Below, one piece after another: positions 9,601 to 19,814 of a stretch of 43,217 nucleotides of DNA. The stretch spans positions 1 through 43,217 of the forward strand of contig JANNKM010000435.1 in the NCBI GenBank assembly GCA_031396305.1. Reading direction: 5' to 3'. The stretch is from Rhizobacter sp. Its GTDB lineage: Bacteria; Pseudomonadota; Gammaproteobacteria; Burkholderiales; Burkholderiaceae_C. The position numbers and the translations under genes were made by a program. Positions within the stretch are counted from its first letter, which is position 1; every line of letters begins with the position of its first letter. The notes under the pieces are model-generated. The model was not told the DNA's origin. It ran no database searches and saw only the letters and a list, made by a program, of their open reading frames with translations.

Positions 9601-11121
9601 ATGCACCACACATTGACCTTGTTGCGTACGACGGGCGTGGCACTCGCCCTGCTCGGCGCGGCGCTGACCGCGCAGGCGCAGACCCTGCGCATCGGCCTGG
9701 CGGAAGACCCCGACGCGCTCGATCCCACGCTGGCGCGCACCTTCGTCGGCCGCGTCGTCTTCGCGGCGCTGTGCGACAAGCTGTTCGACGTCGACGAAAA
9801 GCTCAACATCGTGCCGCAGCTCGCCACGGGTTTTGAGTGGTCGGCCGACAGCAAGGCGCTGACGATCAAGCTGCGAAGCGGGGTGCTGTTTCACGACGGC
9901 GATAAGTTTGACGCCGCCGCCGTCAAGTTCAACATCGAGCGTCACAAGACGCTTCCCGGCTCGAACCGCAGCGGCGAATTGCGCCCGGTGGCGAGCGTCG
10001 ACGTGATCGATCCGCTGACGGTGCGCCTCAACCTCACGGCACCGTTTTCGCCGTTGCTCGCGGCGCTGGCAGATCGGGCCGGAATGATGGTCTCGCCCAA
10101 GGCCGCGACGGCGTTGGGCGCGCAATTCGCCACCAAGCCGGTGTGTTCCGGGCCTTTCAGATTTGTCGAGCGCGTGCCGCAGGATCGCATGGTGTTCGAG
10201 CGCTTCCCCGACTACTGGAACAAGGCGGCGGTCAACTTTGACAAAGTGATCTACACGCCGATTACCGACGCCACGGTGCGCCTGGCGAATCTGAAGGCCG
10301 GCCAGCTCGACTTCGCCGAACGTGTGGCTGCGTCCGACATGGAGGCGATCCGCAAAGACAAGCGCCTGAAAAGCGCGAGCATCACGGAAATCGGCTACCA
10401 GGGCATCACGATCAACGTGGGCAAGAGCGAACAGGCGCAGAAAAATCCGCTCGGGCGCGACCCCCGCGTGCGCGAAGCGTTCGAGCTGTCACTTGACCGC
10501 GCGGGCCTGGCGCAGGTGGTGATGGACAACGAAGCGACGGTGGGTAACCAATGGGTCGCGCCGAACAATCCGTACTACGCCAAAGGAGTGCCGGTGCCGA
10601 AGCGCAACGTCGAGCGGGCGCGTGCGTTGCTCAAGGAAGCGGGCGTCGCGAACCCGAGCTTCACGCTGATGACGACCACCACGTCGGACGCGCAGCGCCT
10701 GGCATTGGTGGTTCAGGCGATGAGCAAGGACGCGGGCTTTGACGTGAAGCTCCAGACGACGGAGTTCGCGACGTCGCTGAATATGGCCGACAAGGGCGAA
10801 TATGAAGCCTACGTGCTTGCATGGAGCGGCCGCGCCGACCCCGACGGCAACCTCTACAGCTTCGACGCCTGCAAGCAGCCGCTGAACTACGCCGGCTACT
10901 GCGTGCCCGAAGTCGACGCCTTGCTCAATGAATCGCGCAGCCAACGCGACCCGGCGGAGCGGAAAAAGGTGTACGACAAGATCGCCGCGCGCGTGCTTGC
11001 CGACAGGCCGATCATCTATCTGTACCACCGCAACTGGCTTTGGGCCTTCAACGCCAAACTCGCCGGCGTGCGCAATGTTCCGGATGGCTTGTTGCGCGTG
11101 ACGGGCTTGAAGCTGAACTGA
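9601..11121 (+). CDS. ABC transporter substrate-binding protein, family 5 (peptide/nickel type)
   Basis: Tracked ORF with signal peptide (...LGAALTAQAQT) and SBP family 5-like sequence. AAGGAG ribosome-binding site upstream (about 9587-9592). Confidence 0.9.
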   Translation: MHHTLTLLRTTGVALALLGAALTAQAQTLRIGLAEDPDALDPTLARTFVGRVVFAALCDKLFDVDEKLNIVPQLATGFEWSADSKALTIKLRSGVLFHDGDKFDAAAVKFNIERHKTLPGSNRSGELRPVASVDVIDPLTVRLNLTAPFSPLLAALADRAGMMVSPKAATALGAQFATKPVCSGPFRFVERVPQDRMVFERFPDYWNKAAVNFDKVIYTPITDATVRLANLKAGQLDFAERVAASDMEAIRKDKRLKSASITEIGYQGITINVGKSEQAQKNPLGRDPRVREAFELSLDRAGLAQVVMDNEATVGNQWVAPNNPYYAKGVPVPKRNVERARALLKEAGVANPSFTLMTTTTSDAQRLALVVQAMSKDAGFDVKLQTTEFATSLNMADKGEYEAYVLAWSGRADPDGNLYSFDACKQPLNYAGYCVPEVDALLNESRSQRDPAERKKVYDKIAARVLADRPIIYLYHRNWLWAFNAKLAGVRNVPDGLLRVTGLKLN

Positions 11122-11140
11122 CGAATCACCCTGTCCGCCC

Positions 11141-12082
11141 GTGCTTGAATACCTCGCCAAACGCATCGCCACGCTGGTCCCAACGCTGATCTTCGTGTCG
11201 ATGCTGATCTTCGGCCTGCAGCAATTGTTGCCGGGCGATCCGGCATTGATTCTGGCGGGTGAAGAACAAGACCCTGCGGTGGTGGCGCACCTGCGCCAGA
11301 CGATGCACCTGGACGAGCCGCTGCCGATGCGGTACGCGTATTGGATGGCTGGGGTGTTGCGTGGCGACCTCGGCGAATCGGTGCGCATGCAGCTTCCCGT
11401 GCGCGACCTGATTGCGCAAAAGCTGCCCGTGACGGTGCAACTGGCGCTGATGGCGTTCGTCGTGGCGCTGTTGATCGGCATACCGGCAGGAATCGTCGCC
11501 GCGGTGTGGCGCGGCACGGTGTGGGACACGCTGGCCAACGCGTTTGCGCTGTGGGGTCTGTCCACGCCCAATTTCTGGCTCGGCATCTTGCTGATCTTGT
11601 TGTTCTCGGTGCAGCTGGGCTGGCTGCCGGCGTCCGGCTATGTGAGCCCGTTCGAAGACCTGGGCGCGAACCTGGCCGCGATGGCCATGCCTGCCTTCGT
11701 GCTCGGCAATGCGATTGCCGCGGTCCTGATGCGCCACACGCGCAGTGCGATGCTGCAAGTGATGAACACGGACTACGTGCGCACGGCCCGCGCCAAAGGC
11801 CTGCGCGAACGTGCCGTGGTGCTCAAACACGCGCTGCGCAATGCGCTGACCCCGGTGATCACGCTCGGGGCGCTGGAACTCGGCACGTTGCTGTCTGGTG
11901 CGGTGCTCACGGAACAGGTGTTCACGATTCCGGGCTTCGGCAAGTTGATCGTCGACTCCGTGTTCAACCGCGACTATGCGGTGGTGCAAGGTGTCGTACT
12001 CGTGACTGCCACCACCTACATCGTGCTGAATCTGCTCGCGGATTTGGCGTACTTCCTGGCCAATCCGCGGTTGCGCAATTGA
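11141..12082 (+). CDS. Peptide ABC transporter permease (DppB-like)
   Basis: GTG start. The N-terminus (M)LEYLAKRIATLVPTLIFVSMLIFGLQQLLPGDP parallels DppB/OppB. EAA-loop region DYVRTARAKGL. Confidence 0.9.
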   Translation: MLEYLAKRIATLVPTLIFVSMLIFGLQQLLPGDPALILAGEEQDPAVVAHLRQTMHLDEPLPMRYAYWMAGVLRGDLGESVRMQLPVRDLIAQKLPVTVQLALMAFVVALLIGIPAGIVAAVWRGTVWDTLANAFALWGLSTPNFWLGILLILLFSVQLGWLPASGYVSPFEDLGANLAAMAMPAFVLGNAIAAVLMRHTRSAMLQVMNTDYVRTARAKGLRERAVVLKHALRNALTPVITLGALELGTLLSGAVLTEQVFTIPGFGKLIVDSVFNRDYAVVQGVVLVTATTYIVLNLLADLAYFLANPRLRN

Positions 12083-12123
12083 GGCTCCGCTTGCAGTCCG
12101 CACTCGCCTCGCAGCCTCCGCCC

Positions 12124-12990
12124 GTGCCTTCAAGCGGCGGCGCCACGCCCCCCGCCAGCCCCTGGCAACGCGCGTGGCGCCGGCTGTTGCGCCGCCGCGC
12201 GGCGATGCTGGGCCTGTTCGTTGTGCTGGGCTTCGTGGCACTGGCGCTCTTCGCACCCTGGATCGCGGCTTACGACCCCATCGCCACCGACTGGGGAGCG
12301 CTGCGCAAGGCGCCGTCGATGGCACATTGGTTCGGCACCGATGAAATCGGCCGCGACGTGCTGTCGCGCGTGATCTTTGGAACGCGTGCTTCGCTGCTTG
12401 CCGGCGTCGTGTCGGTGTCGATTTCGCTGGCACTGGGCGTTCCGATTGGGCTGATCGCCGGTGTCGTGGGGGGCTGGCTGGACGCGCTGATCTCACGCAT
12501 CACCGACGCCTTTCTCGCCTGCCCGTTCCTGATTCTGGCGATCGCGCTGGCCGCGTTCCTCGGGCCGTCACTGAGCAACGCGATGATCGCGATCGGCATC
12601 TCCGCGACACCGGTCTTCGTGCGCCTGACGCGCGCGCAGGTGCTGAACGTGAAGGTCGAGGATTACATCGAAGCGGCGCGAGCCGTGGGCAACCCACCCT
12701 GGCGCGTGGCGCTGCGCCACATTGCGCCCAACGTCACCGCGCCGCTCATCGTGCAGGCCACGCTGGCGATTGCCGGGGCCGTGATCGCCGAAGCGAGCCT
12801 GTCGTTCTTGGGCCTGGGCCAGCAGCCACCCGCGCCGAGCTGGGGCAGCATGCTCAATGTGGCGAAGAACTACGTCGAGAACGCGCCGTGGATGGCGGTG
12901 TGGCCGGGGTTGGCGATCTTCATGCTGGTGATGTCGTTCAATCTTCTCGGTGACGGGCTGCGCGATGCGCTCGATCCGCGCCAGCGGTGA
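12124..12990 (+). CDS. Peptide ABC transporter permease (DppC-like); start uncertain
   Basis: Same frame as ORF 11341..12990. The conserved N-terminal WRRLLRRRAAMLGLFVV lies downstream of the GTG at 12124. An alternative TTG at 12079 would overlap the dppB-like stop. I saw no clear SD for either. Confidence 0.85.
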   Translation: MPSSGGATPPASPWQRAWRRLLRRRAAMLGLFVVLGFVALALFAPWIAAYDPIATDWGALRKAPSMAHWFGTDEIGRDVLSRVIFGTRASLLAGVVSVSISLALGVPIGLIAGVVGGWLDALISRITDAFLACPFLILAIALAAFLGPSLSNAMIAIGISATPVFVRLTRAQVLNVKVEDYIEAARAVGNPPWRVALRHIAPNVTAPLIVQATLAIAGAVIAEASLSFLGLGQQPPAPSWGSMLNVAKNYVENAPWMAVWPGLAIFMLVMSFNLLGDGLRDALDPRQR

Positions 12991-13272
12991 GGCTTTTCGA
13001 CCCACGGTGGTACAGTCCAGCTTCGTTTGTGTCGCGCGGCTCGCCCAGGAGCCGCATGGGTGCGCCGCAAATGTCTTGAATTTTCCCAGTGGGTCCGCCA
13101 GGCCGCAGTTCTGCGGTGTGCGCTTCATTCTTGGTGGCCCACCAGCGACAGCGCGTGTGAACGCTGTCGCGAGCCAGGCACATGCTCATTCGCGCAACGC
13201 AATGCGCGACCCACGTTTCCGCGGCCCACACCGCTGCCGCGGCAACCCATCGTCGCCGCCCGAAGGAGCCAC

Positions 13273-13542
13273 ATGGCCAAGGAAGAATTGATTGAAATGA
13301 GCGGCGTCGTCAACGAAGTGCTGCCCGACTCGCGCTTTCGTGTCACGTTGGAAAACGGTCACCAGTTGATCGCCTACACGTCGGGCAAGATGCGCAAGCA
13401 CCACATCCGCATCCTCGCCGGCGACAACGTGTCGCTTGAACTTTCGCCCTACGACCTGAGCAAGGGCCGCATCACGTTTCGCCACCTCGAGCGTCGCGGG
13501 CCTGCGCCCACTTCAGCCAGGTCAGGCCAGCGCAGCGCCTGA
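13273..13542 (+). CDS. infA: Translation initiation factor IF-1 (long, 89-aa paralog type)
   Basis: [70 protein letters not shown] is collinear with IF-1. GAAGGAG RBS at 13262-13268. It has about 17 extra C-terminal residues. Confidence 0.9.
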   Translation: MAKEELIEMSGVVNEVLPDSRFRVTLENGHQLIAYTSGKMRKHHIRILAGDNVSLELSPYDLSKGRITFRHLERRGPAPTSARSGQRSA

Positions 13543-13560
13543 TCCGGGGCGACGAGCCGC

Positions 13561-14457
13561 TCAAACCGGCTCGGCAGGCACCACCGGCGCGAGCTTCGGC
13601 CCGATCAGGCCCAGGCTGAGCGCGGTGCCCAGCAGCACCACGGCGCCGCCGAGCATCATTTGCAGCGTCACTTCCTCGCCGAGGTAGAGCGAGCCCGAGA
13701 CGATGGCCACGACCGGGTTCAGGAACGTCACCGACATCGCGCGCACCGGCCCGATGCGCCGCAGCAGGCGAAAGTACATCAGGAACCCCAGGCCGGAACT
13801 CGCCACGCCCAGGAACGCGAGTTCAGCCCAGGCGCGCGCGCTCGGGTTCACGCTCGGCCATGAGGCCCAGGCGAACGGCGCGAGGAACAGGCTCGCGGCG
13901 AGCAGGCTGCCCACCGTGATGACGAGCGCGTCGGCCCCCGCCAGGTGCTTGCGCGTGTAGTTCGCGCCGACTCCCCAGACCGTCGACGTGCCCAGCACCG
14001 CAAGCACCGCGAGCAGCCCGTTGCCGGTCTTGAACGACACACTGCCCCACATCAGCACGCCCACACCGGCGAAGCCGATCACCAGACCCAGGGCGCGCCA
14101 CGCGCCCAGGCGTTCTTTGAGCAGGTAGTGGGCCATCAGCGCCGCGAACAGCGGCGCCGTCGCGTTGAGCACCGCCACCAGACCGGCCGTGATGTGCAGC
14201 GACGCATAGGCCAGCAACATGAATGGCACCGCCGTGAAGGGAATTCCCAGCATCAGCAATTGGCGCGGGTGCGAGCGCAGCGTGGGCCAGCCACCGCGCA
14301 GCAGCATCACCGGCAGCAGCAGCAGCGCCGCCGACCCCAGGCGCATCGCCACCAGCGGCGCCGGGCCGAAGTCGGGCACCGCGGCTCGAACGAACAGATA
14401 GGCGGCACCCCACAGCAAGCTCAACAGCAGAAGTTCGGCCACGTCCTGGGGGCGCAT
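13561..14457 (-). CDS. DMT superfamily (EamA-like) transporter
   Basis: Tracked ORF, 298 aa, about 10 hydrophobic segments, duplicated EamA-like halves. Confidence 0.85.
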   Translation of the reverse strand: MRPQDVAELLLLSLLWGAAYLFVRAAVPDFGPAPLVAMRLGSAALLLLPVMLLRGGWPTLRSHPRQLLMLGIPFTAVPFMLLAYASLHITAGLVAVLNATAPLFAALMAHYLLKERLGAWRALGLVIGFAGVGVLMWGSVSFKTGNGLLAVLAVLGTSTVWGVGANYTRKHLAGADALVITVGSLLAASLFLAPFAWASWPSVNPSARAWAELAFLGVASSGLGFLMYFRLLRRIGPVRAMSVTFLNPVVAIVSGSLYLGEEVTLQMMLGGAVVLLGTALSLGLIGPKLAPVVPAEPV

Positions 14458-14617
14458 GGGGTGAGCTTAGCGGATGGCAGCGTCGTGGCAACGGGCCAGC
14501 GCACAAGTGGTTCGAGGCCTTGGCCTCGAAAAGGCGGGTGTGAGACCCGTTCTTCACGAAACCGGCGCGGCGCGCGTGTGGCAATCTGGCTGCCTCGAAA
14601 TTTCATTGGAGAAGTTG

Positions 14618-15091
14618 ATGCTGCGCCCTGTATTCGCAATCCTCATGTCAGGCGTGTTGCTTGCCGCCCAACCTGCACTTGCGGCGGCCAATGGCAGCGC
14701 CAACGGCCACGCCAAGGGCAAGGTGGTGCACGGCGTGGCGCTCGCCTCGCTCTGCAAGACCTGCGCCGTCGTCTCCAGTGAGCGGACCGAAACGCGCAAG
14801 GGCAAGGCCAGCGGCGTTGGTGCCGTGGGGGGCGCGGTGGCCGGAGGAGTCGTCGGCAACCAGTTCGGCCGCGGTGACGGCAAGACGGCCATGACGGTGG
14901 TCGGCGCGGTCGGCGGCGCACTGGCCGGCAACGAAATCGAGAAGAACGTCAAGAAGTACACGGTGTGGATCACGACGGTGACGTTCAAGGACGGCACGCA
15001 AAAGAGCTATCAGCGCAGCAGCGATCCGGGCCTGCGCGCAGGCGATGTGGTGAAGATCGTGAACGGGCAGCCGGTGCGGCGTGGTGCCTGA
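14618..15091 (+). CDS. Glycine-zipper 2TM / SlyB-like outer-membrane protein with signal peptide
   Basis: ORF 14474..15091 trimmed to the ATG at 14618, with a GGAGAAG RBS. Signal peptide MLRPVFAILMSGVLLAAQPALA. Gly-zipper GVGAVGGAVAGGVVGNQFG...VVGAVGGALAGNEI. Confidence 0.7.
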   Translation: MLRPVFAILMSGVLLAAQPALAAANGSANGHAKGKVVHGVALASLCKTCAVVSSERTETRKGKASGVGAVGGAVAGGVVGNQFGRGDGKTAMTVVGAVGGALAGNEIEKNVKKYTVWITTVTFKDGTQKSYQRSSDPGLRAGDVVKIVNGQPVRRGA

Positions 15092-15118
15092 AGCGTCTGG
15101 TCCGAAATAGCCTAGGAA

Positions 15119-15137
15119 GCGCGCCACGAGGGCGCGC
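15119..15137. terminator. Putative bidirectional hairpin between two convergent genes
   Basis: gcgcgcc-acgag-ggcgcgc gives a 7-bp GC stem lying between the glycine-zipper stop and the glmS stop. The U-tract is weak on both strands. Confidence 0.3.
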
Positions 15138-15140
15138 CCG

Positions 15141-17024
15141 TCATTCGACCGTGACGCTCTTCGCCAGGTTTCGGGGTTTATCGACATCGGTCCCACGCGC
15201 GCAGGCGGTGTGATACGCGAGCAATTGCAGCGGCACGACATGCAGGATCGGCGACAGCACTCCGTAGTGCTCCGGCATGCGAATGACGTGCAGGCTGGGG
15301 CCGGGTTCGATGCGTGAGTCACCGTCGGCAAAGACGAACAGCTCGCCGCCGCGCGCGCGCACTTCCTGCAAGTTGCTCTTGAGCTATTCCAGCAGCGCAT
15401 CGTTGGGCGCGATTGTCACGACCGGCATCGCCGAGGTCACGAGCGCGAGCGGCCCGTGCTTCAGTTCGCCGGCGGGGTAGGCCTCGGCGTGGATGTAGCT
15501 GATTTCCTTGAGCTTGAGCGCGCCTTCCAGCGCGATCGGGTAGTGCAGGCCCCGGCCGAGGAACAGGGCATTGTCCTTGCGGGCGAATTCTTCCGACCAG
15601 GCGATGACCTGCGGCTCCAGCGCCAGCACGGCCTGCAGCGCCACCGGCAGGTGGCGCAGGTCTTTCAGGTGCTTTGCTTCTGCGGCGTCGCTCAGGTGGC
15701 CGCGCACTTGCGCCAGCGCCAGCGTCAGCAGGAACAGGCCCGCCAACTGCGTCGTGAACGCCTTGGTTGAGGCGACGCCGATCTCCACACCCGCGCGGGT
15801 GATGTAGGCGAGTTCACACTCGCGCACCATCGCGCTGGTGGCCACGTTGCACACCGTCAGCGTGTGCTTCATGCCCAGGCCCCGCGCGTGTTTCAGCGCA
15901 GCGAGCGTGTCGGCGGTTTCGCCGCTTTGCGAGATCGTCACGACCAGGGTGCGCGCATTGGGCACGCTGTCGCGGTAGCGGTATTCGCTCGCGACCTCCA
16001 CGCTCGTGGGAATTTTCGCGATGCTCTCCAGCCAGTACTTGGCCGTCGAACCGCTGTAGTAGCTGGTTCCGCAGGCCAGGATCAGCACGGAGTCGATTTC
16101 CTTGAAGATCTTGTACGCGCCGTCGCCGAAGAGTTCCGGCGTGATCGACTCCACCGCGTCGAGCGTGTCGGCGATCGCCCGCGGCTGCTCGAAGATTTCC
16201 TTCTGCATGTAGTGGCGGTACGGGCCCAGTTCGGCCGCGCCGCTGTGCGCTTGTACGGTTCGCACTTCGCGCTGCACCGCCTTGAAGGCGCCTTCCGGCG
16301 TGGCGTGCGTGATCCAGTACTTGCCCATCTGCAAATCGACGACGTCACCTTCTTCGAGGTAGACGATCTGGTCCGTGACTCCGGCCAGCGCCATCGCGTC
16401 AGAGGCGATGAAGGTCTCGGCCTTGCCCACCCCCAGGATCAGGGGTGAACCTTCGCGCGCGCCGATCACGCGGTGCGGCTCGTCGCGGCAGAACACGGCA
16501 ATCGCGTACGCGCCGCGCAGCATCGGCGTGACGCGCTGCACGGCCTCCAGCAGGTCGCCGCTGTAGTGATGCTCGACCAGGTGGGCGATGACTTCGGTGT
16601 CGGTCTGGCTGCTGAACCGGTAGCCTTTGGCCTTCAGGTCGTCACGCAGTTCGTCGTGGTTTTCGATGATGCCGTTGTGCACCAGCGCGATGCGTCCGGC
16701 AGTGGCTTTGGAGCCGCTCTTCGACCATTGCGTGGCGTCCACGCGCGGCCCGTGTGAGAAATGTGGGTGCGCGTTGTGCACCGCCGGCGCGCCGTGGGTG
16801 GCCCAGCGCGTGTGCGCGATGCCGGTGCCGCTTTGCACCTTGTCGGCAGCGACGTTCGCATCAAGTTCGGCGACGCGCGCCGTGCTGCGCGCGCGGCGCA
16901 GCTGCCCGTCTTGATGCACGGCGACACCGCAGGAGTCATAGCCGCGGTACTCCAGGCGGCGCAGACCCTCGATCAGGATCGGAACGATGTTGCGGGTGCT
17001 GACGGCGCCGACGATTCCACACAT
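15141..17024 (-). pseudogene. glmS: Glutamine--fructose-6-phosphate aminotransferase interrupted by an in-frame TAG at 15384-15386
   Basis: ORFs 15384..17084 and 15141..15371 are in the same frame and collinear with GlmS. N-terminus MCGIVGA (ATG at 17024). The junction reads ...[37 protein letters not shown], where E. coli GlmS has NELLEKLKSNIEEVRARGG. The C-terminus is ...[12 protein letters not shown]. Confidence 0.9.
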
Positions 17025-17169
17025 GTTGCGGTTTCCTTGAGCGAGAGAGTAGGTGCGGCGATGGTAGGCGTGACATGATGGCAATTGCTTGCATAACCAG
17101 TCAGTTCCTGCAATATTCAGTCCTGAGGACGAATCCGAGACTCAATAATTCACAGAAGCGCCAGAATCG

Positions 17170-17670
17170 ATGAATTCCACCGCAGAGATTGCCCTCGACT
17201 CGACCGACTTGCGCATCCTCGAGCAATTGCAGCGCGACGCCTCGATGACCAATCAGGCCCTGGCCGCTGCCGCGCATACCTCGGCAGCGACCTGCCTGCG
17301 CCGCGTCAAGCGGCTCGAAGACGCGGGCGTCATCGAGCGCCGCATCGCCCTGCTTTCGCCGGCCAGGCTCGGCGCGGGTCTGAGCGCGATCATCGAAGTG
17401 ACGCTCGACCGCCAGGGTGCCGAGCACCTGGCCGAATTCGAAGCACGCGCCGTGGCCGAGGCGCCGGTGCAGCAGTGCTACCGTGTGTCGCCGGGGCCGG
17501 ACTTCATCGTCGTCGTGCAATTGCCCGACATGGCGGCGTACCACGCGCTGGTGCAGCGCCTGTTCACCCAAGACGCGAATGTGCGCAACGTGAAGACATT
17601 CTTCAGCGTGCATCGCGCCAAGTTCGAACCCGCCATCGCCCTGCCCAGCCCGGCGCGCAGCGGCGCGTGA
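17170..17670 (+). CDS. Lrp/AsnC family transcriptional regulator
   Basis: Tracked ORF. HTH region LDSTDLRILEQLQRDASMTNQALAAAAHTSAATCLRRVKRLEDAGVI followed by an AsnC-type ligand domain. It is divergent from glmS. Confidence 0.9.
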   Translation: MNSTAEIALDSTDLRILEQLQRDASMTNQALAAAAHTSAATCLRRVKRLEDAGVIERRIALLSPARLGAGLSAIIEVTLDRQGAEHLAEFEARAVAEAPVQQCYRVSPGPDFIVVVQLPDMAAYHALVQRLFTQDANVRNVKTFFSVHRAKFEPAIALPSPARSGA

Positions 17671-17700
17671 TCGAGCCGGCCCAGCGGTGCCGAGCGCGCT

Positions 17701-18882
17701 TCAGCGCTTGATGATGGCCAGGCCCTTGAGGTATTCCCCTTCCGGGAACAGCAGCGTCGTCGCATGGTCGGGCGCCGCGCCCATGCGGGCATAGAACAGA
17801 CCGTCGACTCCGGCGTCGATGCCCGCCCCCGCGACGATCTTGTGGAACAGCTCGGCGCTGATGCCGCCAGAACAAGAGAACGTGAACAGCACGCCGCCCG
17901 GCTCCAGCAGCATCAACGCGAGCCGGTTGATGTCTTTGTAGGCACGCGCGGCACGATCGGCGTGCGCCGCGGTGGGCGCGAACTTCGGCGGGTCGAGCAC
18001 GATCGCGTCGAAGCGCCGGCCGGCGTCGAGGAAGCGGCGCAGGGTTTGATTCACGTCGCCTTCGATCGCCTCGTGCTGCGCGGCGCCCAGGCGATTGATC
18101 TCGATGTGCTCGACAACCCGCGCCAGCGCCGGCGCCGACGAATCCACGCTCGCCACCTGCGTGGCGCCGCCACTCAGCGCGGCAACGCTGAAGCCGCCGG
18201 TGTAGCAAAAGCAGTTGAGGATGTGCTGGTGGCCGAAGTGCCGCACCGCGTCGGCAAAGAGCTTTCGGTTGTCGCGCTGGTCAAGATAAAAGCCGGTCTT
18301 GTGGCCTTGCGCCACGTCGACATTGAAACGCCAGCCGTGCTCCTGGATCCCGATTTCCGTGGCGCCGCCGCCGCGCAGCCAGCCGGCCTGCGGCGTGAGT
18401 CCCTCCAGCGCGCGCACGCTGGCGTCGCTGCGCTCGTACAGCCTTGAACTGCCGGTCGCGTGCAGCAGTGCGTCGGCGATCTGCGCCTTCCAGCGCTCGA
18501 CACCGGCGCTGAGAAACTGCGCGCACAAGGTGTCACCGTAAGCATCGACGATCAGGCCCGGCAGGCCGTCGGCCTCGCCGTGGACCAGGCGCACGCCATC
18601 GCTGGCGGGCGCGAGGCGCGAGCGCAACGCCACCGCCTGCGAGATCCTCGTGGCGAAGAATGCCGCGTCGATGCGCTGCTCTTCGAGGAAGCTCCAGACA
18701 CGCAGGCGGATCGACGACTGCGGGCTGTACGCGGCCCAGGCGAGGAATGCGCCGTCAGCGCCGGTCACACGCACCGTCTCGCCCGAGTCGGCCTTGCCCT
18801 TCGCGACGCTGCCCTCGAATACCCAGGGATGGCGGCGCTGCAGCGAGCGCTCCTTGCCAGCGCGCAGTTGCACCGCCTTCAT
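17701..18882 (-). CDS. rlmI: Class I SAM-dependent 23S rRNA (cytosine-C5) methyltransferase, RlmI-like
   Basis: ORF 17701..19209 trimmed to the ATG at 18882 ([22 protein letters not shown]...). PUA-like N-terminus, [18 protein letters not shown] motif. The start overlaps the xerC stop (ATGA). Confidence 0.85.
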   Translation of the reverse strand: MKAVQLRAGKERSLQRRHPWVFEGSVAKGKADSGETVRVTGADGAFLAWAAYSPQSSIRLRVWSFLEEQRIDAAFFATRISQAVALRSRLAPASDGVRLVHGEADGLPGLIVDAYGDTLCAQFLSAGVERWKAQIADALLHATGSSRLYERSDASVRALEGLTPQAGWLRGGGATEIGIQEHGWRFNVDVAQGHKTGFYLDQRDNRKLFADAVRHFGHQHILNCFCYTGGFSVAALSGGATQVASVDSSAPALARVVEHIEINRLGAAQHEAIEGDVNQTLRRFLDAGRRFDAIVLDPPKFAPTAAHADRAARAYKDINRLALMLLEPGGVLFTFSCSGGISAELFHKIVAGAGIDAGVDGLFYARMGAAPDHATTLLFPEGEYLKGLAIIKR

Positions 18883-19814
18883 GGGGTGCGTTTCTTCGCG
18901 CGCGGATGCGCGGCGTCGTAGATCTTGCTGAGGTGGCCGAAGTCGAGCTTGGTGTAGACCTGCGTCGTCGAGATGTTCGCGTGCCCCAGCAGTTCCTGCA
19001 CGGCGCGCAGGTCGCCACTGCTCTGCAGCAGGTGCGAAGCGAACGAATGGCGCAGCATGTGCGGGTGCACATGGGTGGGCAGCGCCGCTGCGACCGCGTT
19101 CGCCTTCAGGCGCGAGCGCAGCTGGGCCGCGCTGAGGCGCGTGCCGAGCCGGCTGACGAACAGCGCCGGTTCGTCGTCGCGCGCCCAGAGGCCGCGCAGC
19201 TCCAGCCAACGGGCGAGCGCTTTCAGGGCCGGTGCGCCCACCGGGACGCTGCGCCGCTTCGAGCCCTTGCCCAGCACAAAAGCGCTTCCGTCCGAGGCAT
19301 CGATCCAGCCCGCCGCGGTTGCGCTGCTGCGCACGTCAAGGCCGGTCAACTCGCCGACGCGCAAGCCGCAACCGTAGAGCAACTCGACGATGCAGTGGTC
19401 GCGCACCGCCAACCCCGCGTCCTTGCCGGAGCCCGAGGGCTCGGCCCGGTGCTCGGCCAGCGCCACCGCCTGGTCCACCGAAAGCGCCTTGGGCAAGGGC
19501 CGCGCCGCCTTGGGTGCGCGAACGCCGAGCACCGGATTGTTCGCGACCAGACCGTCACGCCCCAGCCAACGGTAAAAACCGCGCCACGCCGACAGCGTCA
19601 GCGCGATGCTGCGCGGCGCGAGCCCGGCGCCATGCAGCTGCGCCGCCCAGCGCCGCACGTGGTGCGTGCGGGCGTCGACGAGCGCGGTCTGCGCCGCATC
19701 GGCACAGGCCTGAAGTTTTGCGAACGCGTCGGCGTAGATCGCCAGCGTTCGCGGCGCAAGCCGGCGCTCGACCTCGAGGTGCTCGAGGTGCGCGCGGAGC
19801 TGCGGGTCGGTCAA
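18879..19814 (-). CDS. xerC: Tyrosine recombinase XerC; start uncertain (TTG at 19814 overlapping the upstream stop)
   Basis: C-terminal catalytic region [39 protein letters not shown]. Conserved dapF-DUF484-xerC context. The longer tracked ORF (to 20009) overlaps the DUF484 gene. Confidence 0.85.
   Translation of the reverse strand: MTDPQLRAHLEHLEVERRLAPRTLAIYADAFAKLQACADAAQTALVDARTHHVRRWAAQLHGAGLAPRSIALTLSAWRGFYRWLGRDGLVANNPVLGVRAPKAARPLPKALSVDQAVALAEHRAEPSGSGKDAGLAVRDHCIVELLYGCGLRVGELTGLDVRSSATAAGWIDASDGSAFVLGKGSKRRSVPVGAPALKALARWLELRGLWARDDEPALFVSRLGTRLSAAQLRSRLKANAVAAALPTHVHPHMLRHSFASHLLQSSGDLRAVQELLGHANISTTQVYTKLDFGHLSKIYDAAHPRAKKRTP

Noticed and set aside
12991-13272. A 282-nt region upstream of infA with several hairpins (for example gcgacagcg-cgtgtgaa-cgctgtcgc around 13144-13169).
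   Set aside because: I recognise no known leader motif, and the small ORFs there have implausible composition. It is most likely just the promoter/5-prime UTR. A covariance scan would be needed to say more.
15141-15371. A 76-aa ORF that could be called as an independent small gene.
   Set aside because: It is in frame with, and collinear to, the C-terminus of GlmS ([13 protein letters not shown]...KSVTVE). It is the downstream piece of the interrupted glmS gene.
18879-19814. A tyrosine recombinase as a possible marker of an integrated mobile element.
   Set aside because: It sits in the conserved chromosomal dapF-DUF484-xerC arrangement and is coupled to rlmI. There are no flanking repeats, tRNA target or phage/IS genes, so it is the housekeeping XerC.
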